A stretch of DNA of 26,191 bases from an uncultured Lentimicrobiaceae bacterium (GTDB lineage: Bacteria > Bacteroidota > Bacteroidia > Bacteroidales > UBA4417): NCBI GenBank assembly GCA_964400395.1, contig CAYNVK010000002.1, positions 1-26,191 of the forward strand. The letters are read 5' to 3'. The notes under the pieces are model-generated. The model was not told the DNA's origin. It made no database searches and worked only from the letters and a program-made list of their open reading frames with translations. The translations under genes were made by a program, and so were the position numbers. Below are positions 1 through 7,516 of the stretch, piece by piece. Numbering within the stretch: position 1 is the stretch's first letter; each line of letters begins with the position of its first letter.

Positions 1-752
1 TTTATTTCAAAAGTTTCGCCATCGAACTCGCCGTAGGAGTAATGTTTTACCCAGTCGCCAAGGATGATGCAACGTGCTTTTTCTGACACATTAAAAATGG
101 TGGGTATATGGCGGTGGCCAAAAACAAAGTAATCGATTTCGGGATTTTGCTTCGCGGTTTCGGTCGAAAATATACGCAGGAACTCCTTGTCGGTTTCGAA
201 GAAGTTTTCATCCTTATCCTGCTTGATCATATTCGAAATACGGCTACCGCGCGAGAAGTAGAGCCCCATTTTTATACCGATATCCGGATGCAGCCATCGG
301 AACAGGAACTGGTTGAATTTCGACAAAAATACTTTTTTCAGAAATTTATACCCATGGTCGCCGGGGCCCAGGCCATCGCCATGAGCGAGGAAGAATTTAC
401 GGCCTTTGAGGTCTATAACCTGCGTATCATCATGGATGGTAACCCCTGATTCTTCATCCAGGTAATTAAAAGCCCAGAAATCGTGGTTGCCTTTGAAAAA
501 ATGAACCGGGATGCCTTTTTCGGTGATTTCGGCCAGCTTGCTGAATAAGCGGGTATAGCCCTTGGGAACTACATTTTTATACTCGAACCAGAAATCGAAC
601 AGGTCGCCCATCAGGTAAATAGCTTCCGCGTCCTGCTGAACCATATCGAGCCAGCGGATCAGCTTTTTTTCCCGTACCAGGCTGCTCTTCCTGTCGGGAA
701 TGCCCAGGTGAAAATCGCTGGCAAAGTATATTTTGGTTTTTGTTGAAATCAT
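1..752 (-). CDS. lpxH: UDP-2,3-diacylglucosamine diphosphatase (LpxH-type metallophosphoesterase), 3' end truncated by the window edge
   Basis: Not in the ORF track because it runs off the edge. Hand translation from ATG at 752 gives MISTKTKIYFASDFHLG...YLMGDLFDFWFEY...FFKGNHDFW...LAHGDG...FVFGHRH...ILGDW, which has the calcineurin-like DxH, GD, GNHD, HGD and GHxH motifs. No stop before position 1. Confidence 0.9.
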   Translation of the reverse strand, partial: MISTKTKIYFASDFHLGIPDRKSSLVREKKLIRWLDMVQQDAEAIYLMGDLFDFWFEYKNVVPKGYTRLFSKLAEITEKGIPVHFFKGNHDFWAFNYLDEESGVTIHDDTQVIDLKGRKFFLAHGDGLGPGDHGYKFLKKVFLSKFNQFLFRWLHPDIGIKMGLYFSRGSRISNMIKQDKDENFFETDKEFLRIFSTETAKQNPEIDYFVFGHRHIPTIFNVSEKARCIILGDWVKHYSYGEFDGETFEI

Positions 753-772
753 GCGGGGGTTAAGTTTTGGTT

Positions 773-1939
773 TTAGATATTTTTCCTGATCATTTCTTCC
801 AGTTCCCTCAAAGGCGGGTTATGGGCAATAATACGGCCATCTTTCCCAATGAGCATAAGCTTTGGCAGCGATTTTACCATATAGGTTCTGCAATATTCCG
901 ATTTCAGCCCGCTGGTATCAATTACCTGTGTCCAGTATGCTTTGTCGAGCATATAAGCGCGTTTCCAGAGTTCTGTATCCGAGTCCACCGATATGGCAAA
1001 AATTTCGAACCCGCCATCGTGGTTACGGGTATAAACAGGGGCCAGGTTCAGGTTGGTTTGCCTGCAAAGCGCGTTCCAGCTGCTCCAGAAATATACCAGC
1101 GTAAGTTTTCCTTTGAGCGAAGAAAGTTTTACCACGGTGCCTGATGCATTTGGCAGGCTGATTTCGGGTGCGGGCATGCCTGGTTTCAGGATGGCATTGT
1201 GGGCTTCCAGTTCGGCCTGGTCAGCTTTAAAGGCCAGCATCCGCAGGTGGAAATCGTTTACCATGCTGTTTTCGGGATAGCGGCGATAAAGCGAACTGTC
1301 GAGTTGCAGGAATAATTCCGGGTGTGTATCCTCGGAGAGTACCGGATTAGGCCCGAAATTTTCGCCAATCACCAGCAACGATGCGAGCGATGTCAGGTTT
1401 CGTTTCACAAAACCGGACACGCTTTCTTTCTGCCTGTTGAAAATCTGCAGGTAGGCCTCATCGAGCCGTGGTTTCAGTAAGGCGAAATCCTTGTTTCCGC
1501 GTTTATCGGCAAAAACTTCCGAAAGCGAATCGACCTGACTGAGGTTAGCATTGGTAAAGCGCTGGTATTCGGCATATAATTCCGAATCTTTCGATCCGCT
1601 AACATGGTAATTGTTGCGCAGGTGCTGGCCATTGCCGGTTAAGGTAATGATCTGATTCGGGGCGAGTACCAGCGTAATTTCCTGCCCGTTGCGAAGTTTG
1701 AGGGTATAAAAACCGGGTTGTTTCACCGGCAGGGTTATACTGAATTTACCCGATCCATCGGTGAAAACAGAATCGAACAGCGGCTTGCTGGCGGGTAAAA
1801 GGTGGTAAATATAAATTGGCTCAACGGCAGTATTGGTAAAGGTTCCCCCGATGGTGACTGAATCTTTGGACATAGAATTGCATCCCTGGAGAACTAAAAA
1901 ACTGAGAAACAGGATGAAAATCGAAATTTTGTATTGCAT
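773..1939 (-). CDS. TlpA/AhpC-TSA family thioredoxin-like lipoprotein with an N-terminal DUF4369-like domain
   Basis: Likely start is ATG 1939 (MQYKISIFILFLSFLVLQGC, lipobox LQGC); the ORF track starts at 2002. The C-terminal domain APEISLPNASG...LSSLKGKLTLVYFWSSWNALCR...FEIFAISVD...LPKLMLIGKDGRIIA is typical TlpA. The gene lies 20 bp upstream of lpxH. Confidence 0.85.
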   Translation of the reverse strand: MQYKISIFILFLSFLVLQGCNSMSKDSVTIGGTFTNTAVEPIYIYHLLPASKPLFDSVFTDGSGKFSITLPVKQPGFYTLKLRNGQEITLVLAPNQIITLTGNGQHLRNNYHVSGSKDSELYAEYQRFTNANLSQVDSLSEVFADKRGNKDFALLKPRLDEAYLQIFNRQKESVSGFVKRNLTSLASLLVIGENFGPNPVLSEDTHPELFLQLDSSLYRRYPENSMVNDFHLRMLAFKADQAELEAHNAILKPGMPAPEISLPNASGTVVKLSSLKGKLTLVYFWSSWNALCRQTNLNLAPVYTRNHDGGFEIFAISVDSDTELWKRAYMLDKAYWTQVIDTSGLKSEYCRTYMVKSLPKLMLIGKDGRIIAHNPPLRELEEMIRKNI

Positions 1940-2077
1940 GTATATGTTACGGCTGGAAGCACAAATGTCGGGAAAAAATAAATGCTTCTGATGGACAGGC
2001 ATCCTTAATTGTAGCGGTGATTTTGTTTTTGATTATTTTTAACACAACAACTTCACCCTATTTGTTTACTTTTAACC

Positions 2078-2108
2078 TTGTTTTAGAATACGGGACTGTT
2101 TAAATTTG
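2078..2108 (+). promoter_or_regulatory. Bacteroidota primary-sigma promoter (-33 TTG, -7 TAAATTTG)
   Basis: TAAATTTG at 2101-2108 matches TAnnTTTG exactly. TTG at 2078-2080 gives a 20-nt spacer. Confidence 0.55.
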
Positions 2109-2133
2109 CTACATATGTACAACAAGTTGAGAG

Positions 2134-2202
2134 AAAGACAGAAGACAGAAGACGGAAGACGGAAGACGGAAGACCGAAGACCGAAGACTGAAAACCGAAG
2201 AT
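2134..2202. repeat. Heptamer tandem repeat (GAAGACN), about 10 copies
   Basis: Units read aaagaca, gaagaca, gaagacg x3, gaagacc x2, gaagact, gaaaacc, gaagat. Confidence 0.95.
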
Positions 2203-2215
2203 AAGGCAAAGTACA

Positions 2216-2298
2216 ATCGCCCTTCTCCGTTTCGCCCCTCTCCCCATCGCCCATCGCCCTTCTCCGTTTCGCCCCTCTCCCCATCGCCCATCGCCCCT
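2216..2298. repeat. 37-bp tandem repeat (2 full copies plus a partial), built from 7-8 nt pyrimidine-rich subunits
   Basis: atcgcccttctccgtttcgcccctctccccatcgccc occurs identically at 2216-2252 and 2253-2289, followed by atcgcccct. Confidence 0.95.
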
Positions 2299-2332
2299 CA
2301 ATGGCAAATTATAATTAAAAAAGTCTAAAAAT

Positions 2333-2851
2333 ATGAAACTACGTTTACTCCTTCTCCCGATCGTTTTGTTGTTGTTATGCTGCCAGGTAACCGAAGCGCA
2401 GAAGGTAATCCTGTTGCAGAAACCGGGTAAAACGAAATGGTTTATGTATGCAACCGGCGACAAAATTGCGTTGCGGATGGGCGAACCTGAGTTTAATGTT
2501 GCTGGTCAGATAACGTATATTGATGATTCCGTTTGTACCGTTGATCATAATTATACTTTTGCGCTGTCGAAAGTGAATGATGTAATCCGTACCCGTCATT
2601 TCCTGAACGGGGCCTGGCGTACGCTGTACCTGGCCTCGCTGGTTTACCTGGGCGGAAGCATGTTTAACCATGCCATTAACGGCGAGGAACCCCTGGTTGA
2701 CAGTACAGTGCCCTATGTAAGCGGATCACTGGCTGTTGCTGGTACTATGGCGCTGCTGTTCCGTTACCGGCACTGCAAAATGGAAAAAGGATGGCACATG
2801 AAAGTGCTCGACTTCGATATTTACAAGGAAAAATACCAGCCAAAGCAATGA
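2333..2851 (+). CDS. Hypothetical exported/membrane protein
   Basis: 172 aa with an A-rich upstream region, a signal peptide (MKLRLLLLPIVLLLLCCQVTEA|QK) and two hydrophobic segments in the C-terminal half. No family recognised. Confidence 0.75.
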   Translation: MKLRLLLLPIVLLLLCCQVTEAQKVILLQKPGKTKWFMYATGDKIALRMGEPEFNVAGQITYIDDSVCTVDHNYTFALSKVNDVIRTRHFLNGAWRTLYLASLVYLGGSMFNHAINGEEPLVDSTVPYVSGSLAVAGTMALLFRYRHCKMEKGWHMKVLDFDIYKEKYQPKQ

Positions 2852-2949
2852 TTAAGCATAGCCGGATGTGAGTTTTGGAAACTCCCGGCAGAAAAACATT
2901 CCAGGTACTTTACGTGTTATTTTGTGCCAGGCGGTGGATAAATAATATC

Positions 2950-2957
2950 TACTTTTG
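2950..2957 (+). promoter_or_regulatory. -7 promoter element for mqnC
   Basis: TACTTTTG matches TAnnTTTG and lies 19 nt before the ATG at 2977. Confidence 0.5.
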
Positions 2958-2976
2958 CAGCTGTTAATCTTTACCA

Positions 2977-4068
2977 ATGCATTTCAATCTTCTTCAAAAA
3001 GCCATCAGCGGCCTTCATCTGAACCTGGATGAAGGTGTAAAATTATATACCGAAGCTTCTACTGCCGAACTCATGTTTGCCGCCAACCAGGTGCGTAACA
3101 GACTTCATCCGGATAAAAAGGTAACCTGGCTTATCGACCGCAATGTTAATTATACGAACGTGTGTATGTCGGGCTGCCAGTTCTGTAATTTTTACCGGGG
3201 TGCCAACCACAAGGAAGCTTACATAACCACCATCGACCAGTACAGGGAAAAAATTGACGAGCTTTTTGCCCGTGGCGGCGAACAGTTGCTTTTCCAGGGA
3301 GGCATGCACCCGAAACTTGGTCTCGATTTTTATACCAGCCTTTTCCGCCAGCTGAAACAACTGTACCCGAAACTGAAACTTCATGCGCTGGGTCCGCCCG
3401 AAGTAGTTCATATTTCGCAACTCGAAGGAATCAGCTACCACGAAACACTGGTGCAGCTGATTTCTGCCGGTCTCGACAGCCTGCCAGGCGCCGGAGCCGA
3501 AATACTTGCCGACAGGGTGCGGAGTAAAATCTCAAGAAACAAATGTACTGTTGAACAATGGCTCGATGTGATGCGCGAGGCACATAAACTGGGGCTCACC
3601 ACTTCGGCTACCATGATGTTCGGGCATATTGAAACCGTTGAGGAACGCATTCAGCATATGATTTATATCCGCGAAGTGCAGGACCAAAAACCTGCCGGCG
3701 CCACAGGATTTATTTCTTTTATTCCCTGGCCATTTCAGGATGAAGGTACTTCGTTGCGTAAAATTTATGGCATAACCAATTCGGTAACTTCCGAAGAATA
3801 TGTGAGGACGATAGCCATCAGCAGGCTGATGTTGCCCAACATAAACAATATACAGGCTTCGTGGCTTACAGTAGGTAAGGATACGGCAGGTTTGTGCCTG
3901 CATGGGGGCGCTAACGATTTTGGATCGATAATGATTGAAGAAAATGTGGTTAGCGTTGCCGGTGCCAGTTATAGTTTCGACGAAAATGGCATTCAGCGGG
4001 CCATCCGCGAGGCAGGGTTCGAACCTCAGCTGCGCAACCAGCAGTTCGAGTTTTTAATGTATCCCTGA
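2977..4068 (+). CDS. mqnC: Cyclic dehypoxanthinyl futalosine synthase (CofH/MqnC radical SAM family)
   Basis: Motifs IDRNVNYTNVCMSGCQFC (CxxxCxxC), LLFQGGMHP, SLPGAGAEIL, TMMFGHIE, QASW and ANDFGSIMIEENVVSVAG. The last 15 bp overlap the convergent waaA. Confidence 0.88.
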   Translation: MHFNLLQKAISGLHLNLDEGVKLYTEASTAELMFAANQVRNRLHPDKKVTWLIDRNVNYTNVCMSGCQFCNFYRGANHKEAYITTIDQYREKIDELFARGGEQLLFQGGMHPKLGLDFYTSLFRQLKQLYPKLKLHALGPPEVVHISQLEGISYHETLVQLISAGLDSLPGAGAEILADRVRSKISRNKCTVEQWLDVMREAHKLGLTTSATMMFGHIETVEERIQHMIYIREVQDQKPAGATGFISFIPWPFQDEGTSLRKIYGITNSVTSEEYVRTIAISRLMLPNINNIQASWLTVGKDTAGLCLHGGANDFGSIMIEENVVSVAGASYSFDENGIQRAIREAGFEPQLRNQQFEFLMYP

Positions 4069-5322
4069 TTCGATTAATTCGTTAACACGTTTCAGGATAA
4101 TTCCGGTTGCGCCGCAGCCGTTTGCCACATAGCTTCTGCTGGTTGCTATGGCAGCTGCCAGTTCCGATTTATCATTCAGCAATATATTCACTTTTTTGAT
4201 CAGCTCATCGGGCTTGGTAACCTCAAAGGCGCCGCCTTGCTCAATCATTTCCTGTGCCTCGTTAAACTTGTGGTAATTCGGTCCGAAAAACACGGGCAAT
4301 CCAAATGCAGCAGCCTCAAGTATATTGTGAATACCGGCCCCGAAGCCTCCGCCGATATAGGCAAGCGTACCATATTGATAAAGCTGCGAAAGCATCCCTA
4401 TGGAGTCAATGATCAGGATTTCGGCATTTTTTACTTCTTCGGCAGTGGAGTTCGAAAACCTTACAGCCGTTTTGCCTGCCCGCTGCATCAGCGACTGAAT
4501 ATGGTCTTCGCCGATCTCGTGCGGGGCAATGATAAACCGTAGTTTATTATTATTCTGGTAAATAAGTTTGAAAATAAGATCTTCGTCCGCCGGCCATGTA
4601 CTTCCGGCTACCAGTACCTTATGGTTTGTTGAAAAAGCTTTTGCAATCTTTATCTCCTTAGGCTGTGCTGCCACGGCTGCAACCCTGTCGAATCGCGTAT
4701 CGCCGCTTACCACCGCATTTTCGATGCCAATAAACTGTAAAAGCTCTTTTGAGTCTTCGGTTTGCACAAAAATCTGCGTAAAGCCTTTCAATATTTTCCG
4801 GGGCCATTCGCCATAGCCCTTAAAAAAATGCTGATCGGGGCGGAATATTGCCGAAACCAGTATAGTAGGAATTTGTTTCTGCTGAAGGTAATTCAGGAAG
4901 TTGAACCAAAACTCGTATTTGATATAGAAGACAATATCAGGCTTCACCGTATCTACAAAGCGGCGTACATTTGCCGGTGTATCCAGTGGCATGTACAGAA
5001 TAAGATCTGCACCGGTGTAGGCTTTCCTCACTTCGAAGCCCGAAGGACTGAAAAATGTGAGTAAAACCAGGTAGTCGGGATGTTGCTCCCTGAAGGCTTC
5101 GATGATAGGCCGGCCTTGTTCAAATTCGCCCAGCGAGGCACAATGAAACCATGCAAGCTTGCGGTCGGACCGGTTGAAAGGCGGTTTTGAAAATACCTGG
5201 TTGAGCATGACCCAGTACCTCGAACGACCTTTTACCCATAAAGCCGCTTTTTTGTCGAATACAGCTGTAAGCCGGATCAAAAGACCGTAGCATATAATGA
5301 GGAAACTATAAAATTGCTGCAT
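4054..5322 (-). CDS. waaA: 3-deoxy-D-manno-octulosonic acid (Kdo) transferase
   Basis: Motifs WFHCASLGEFEQ, LTFFSPSG, YMPLD, KYEFW, GDTRFDRV, AGSTW, IIAPHE and YIGGGF...HNILEAAAFGLPVFFGP. Confidence 0.95.
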   Translation of the reverse strand: MQQFYSFLIICYGLLIRLTAVFDKKAALWVKGRSRYWVMLNQVFSKPPFNRSDRKLAWFHCASLGEFEQGRPIIEAFREQHPDYLVLLTFFSPSGFEVRKAYTGADLILYMPLDTPANVRRFVDTVKPDIVFYIKYEFWFNFLNYLQQKQIPTILVSAIFRPDQHFFKGYGEWPRKILKGFTQIFVQTEDSKELLQFIGIENAVVSGDTRFDRVAAVAAQPKEIKIAKAFSTNHKVLVAGSTWPADEDLIFKLIYQNNNKLRFIIAPHEIGEDHIQSLMQRAGKTAVRFSNSTAEEVKNAEILIIDSIGMLSQLYQYGTLAYIGGGFGAGIHNILEAAAFGLPVFFGPNYHKFNEAQEMIEQGGAFEVTKPDELIKKVNILLNDKSELAAAIATSRSYVANGCGATGIILKRVNELIESGIH

Positions 5323-5370
5323 GGTTTTTAATCGGTTGGTAAGCTGTTAATTATGGTAATACCTGGGTTT

Positions 5371-5483
5371 GCTGGTTTCCGGTAATCCGGGATTTTTGTT
5401 GTCAGTTCTCAATGCCGCCCCTTTCGGGATCCGGCAACTGAATCCACCAGGAACTGCATTTTATGGAGTCGCCGATGGAATAT
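5371..5483 (-). ncRNA. Candidate structured RNA (possibly 6S-like) or structured leader upstream of waaA
   Basis: The minus strand folds as TTCCTGGT/ACCGGAA (outer stem), an asymmetric bubble, then CAGT-TGCCG-GA-TCCC-GAAA-GGGG-CGGCA-TTGAGA-ACTG (inner stems with a GAAA tetraloop). It lies just downstream of a perfect -7 element. The family assignment is from memory and unverified; the ends are approximate. Confidence 0.5.
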
Positions 5484-5488
5484 GCGTG

Positions 5489-5496
5489 CAAATATA
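5489..5496 (-). promoter_or_regulatory. -7 promoter element driving the structured RNA/waaA transcript
   Basis: Minus strand reads TATATTTG (TAnnTTTG), about 170 nt upstream of the waaA start. Confidence 0.55.
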
Positions 5497-5602
5497 CAAA
5501 TCGTATTTTGCCAGCACCTGCTTTTGCAGATTTTTATCCGTTTAAGTGCGATTTGCTGTATTTAAATATGGCAAGAAACGCAATTAGATCGTTTACATTA
5601 AA

Positions 5603-5610
5603 TATCTTTG
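5603..5610 (+). promoter_or_regulatory. -7 promoter element for the aminotransferase operon
   Basis: TATCTTTG. The TTG start of the ORF track at 5608 is part of this element, so ATG 5647 is the more likely start. Confidence 0.55.
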
Positions 5611-5646
5611 CAGCGCAATTTTAATAACGACAAACAATTACAGATT

Positions 5647-6786
5647 ATGCGAAAAATTTCGATGGTCGACCTCAGTGCGCAATATCAAAAAATAAAGCCT
5701 GAAATCGACAAAGCTATCAGTGAAGTTATCAATTCCACTGCTTTTATTAATGGTCCGGCTGTTAAAGAATTCCAGGTTGCTCTCGAAAAATACCTGGGTG
5801 TTAAGCATGTAATCCCTTGCGCCAATGGTACCGATGCATTGCAGATTAGTATGATGGCTCTTGGCCTGAAACCCGGCGACGAGGTTATTGCGCCTGATTT
5901 TACATTTATTGCTACCGCCGAAGTAATTGCTTTGCTGGGATTGACCCCTGTACTTGTTGACGTGCAACCGGATACCTTCAATATTAGCCCCGAAGCCATT
6001 AAAAAAGCAATCACGCCGCGTACCCGTGCCATCGTTCCTGTTCACCTGTTCGGGCAGGCTGCCGATATGGATGCCATCATGCAGATTGCCGAGGAGCATA
6101 ATCTTTTTGTTATCGAAGATGCCTGCCAGTCCATTGGTGCCGATTACCTCAATAAAGATAATGAATGGAAGAAAACCGGAGCCATCGCACACGTGGGCTG
6201 TACTTCGTTTTTCCCTTCTAAAAACCTGGGTTGCTATGGCGACGGTGGGGCTATATTCACCAACAGCGATGAACTGGCCACCAAAATCCGTTCGGTTGTA
6301 AATCACGGGATGACAGTTCGATATTATCACGACGATATTGGAGTGAACAGCCGGCTCGACAGCATACAAGCTGCCATCCTTAACATTAAGCTTCAGCACC
6401 TCAACGAGTATGCCGCCGCCCGCCAGCAGGTTGCTGCTGCTTACGATAAAGCTTTCGGCGCACGTGCCGAACTGCAGATTCCTGCCAGGTCGCCCAAATC
6501 AACCCATGTGTACCACCAGTATACGTTGCAGGCTACCGGTGTCGACCGCAACAAACTCCAGGAATTCCTGGCCTCAAAAGATGTTCCGGCCATGATTTAT
6601 TACCCGGTGCCTATTCACCTGCAGAAAGCATACCTCGATCCCAGGTACAAACAAGGTGATTTTCCGGTAACTGAGAAACTAAGCCACACTGTTTTCTCGC
6701 TGCCAATGCATACCGAAATGGACCAGGAGCAACTGGATCATATTATTTCCTCAGTGCTCGAATTTCTTGATAATTCAGGAAAATAA
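5647..6786 (+). CDS. DegT/DnrJ/EryC1/StrS PLP aminotransferase (WbpE/PorR-like)
   Basis: Motifs MVDL..QY, FINGP, CANGTDAL, PVHLFGQ, IEDACQSIG, SFFPSKNLGCYGDGG (PLP lysine) and NSRLDSIQAA. Confidence 0.9.
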   Translation: MRKISMVDLSAQYQKIKPEIDKAISEVINSTAFINGPAVKEFQVALEKYLGVKHVIPCANGTDALQISMMALGLKPGDEVIAPDFTFIATAEVIALLGLTPVLVDVQPDTFNISPEAIKKAITPRTRAIVPVHLFGQAADMDAIMQIAEEHNLFVIEDACQSIGADYLNKDNEWKKTGAIAHVGCTSFFPSKNLGCYGDGGAIFTNSDELATKIRSVVNHGMTVRYYHDDIGVNSRLDSIQAAILNIKLQHLNEYAAARQQVAAAYDKAFGARAELQIPARSPKSTHVYHQYTLQATGVDRNKLQEFLASKDVPAMIYYPVPIHLQKAYLDPRYKQGDFPVTEKLSHTVFSLPMHTEMDQEQLDHIISSVLEFLDNSGK

Positions 6787-6837
6787 GCAGGAATAAAAAG
6801 CCTGGATTTAATCCATTCGTAATTTTTCGGGCAAAGT

Positions 6838-6865
6838 AAGGCCGGCTAAATAAACAGCCGGCTTT
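6838..6865 (+). other. Intergenic hairpin between the aminotransferase and the acetyltransferase
   Basis: aag-gccggct-aaataaac-agccggc-ttt with only a short T tail; a weak terminator or mRNA stabiliser. Confidence 0.4.
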
Positions 6866-6902
6866 ACATGTCCGGCGTTTGAACCGAAAATATTGAACAG
6901 GA

Positions 6903-7484
6903 ATGACTGACAAAGGGTATTTTGCGCATCCTTCGGCTGTAATTGACGAAGGTTGCATCATAGGAAACGGAACACGCATCTGGCATTTTTCGCATATTAT
7001 GCCGGGTTGCATCATTGGTGATGGTTGCAACATTGGTCAAAATGTGGTGATATCGCCCGATGTGGTGCTGGGTAAAAATGTGAAAATACAGAATAATGTA
7101 TCGGTTTATACCGGTGTTGTTTGCGAAGATGATGTATTCCTGGGCCCGTCCATGGTTTTTACAAACGTGATAAACCCACGCAGCGCGGTGAACCGTAAAA
7201 ATGAGTATGCCCGCACCTTTGTGCGCAAAGGGGCTACCATTGGCGCAAACTCAACCATTGTTTGCGGTATTGAGCTGGGCGAATTTTGCTTTATTGGCGC
7301 AGGGGCTGTGGTTACCAAATCGGTGCCGGCATTTGCCCTGGTAGTCGGTAATCCTGCAAGGCAAACCGGCTGGATGAGTGAATATGGGCATAAACTCAAA
7401 TTTGGCCCCGACGGAAAAGCAACCTGCCCCGAAAGTAAGGTTACTTATGAACTTGTAAACGGAGTAGTTCACAAAGCTGAATAA
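6903..7484 (+). CDS. Hexapeptide-repeat N-acetyltransferase (WbpD-like)
   Basis: AHPSAVIDEGCIIGNGTRIWHFSHI...CNIGQNV...KIQNNVSVY...FLGPSMVFTNVINPRS...GATIGANSTIVCG...VVGNPARQ.GW, the WbpD-type pattern, directly after the DegT gene. Confidence 0.9.
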   Translation: MTDKGYFAHPSAVIDEGCIIGNGTRIWHFSHIMPGCIIGDGCNIGQNVVISPDVVLGKNVKIQNNVSVYTGVVCEDDVFLGPSMVFTNVINPRSAVNRKNEYARTFVRKGATIGANSTIVCGIELGEFCFIGAGAVVTKSVPAFALVVGNPARQTGWMSEYGHKLKFGPDGKATCPESKVTYELVNGVVHKAE

Positions 7485-7516
7485 TACATCGCCATAACAA
7501 TAATCAAATTATTACT

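Noticed and set aside
108-449. 113-aa plus-strand ORF
   Set aside because: Antisense shadow of lpxH, which has clear motifs on the minus strand.
2134-2298. Possible CRISPR array
   Set aside because: The repeats are contiguous with no unique spacers, and no cas genes are present.
2072-2463. ORF-track ORFs of 60-126 aa over the repeat region
   Set aside because: They are open only because the repeats lack stop codons; the translations are low-complexity and one overlaps the real gene at 2333.
5455-5485. ATGGAGTCGCC resembling a fluoride riboswitch fragment
   Set aside because: The order of elements and the pseudoknot partner are missing, and no fluoride-related gene follows.
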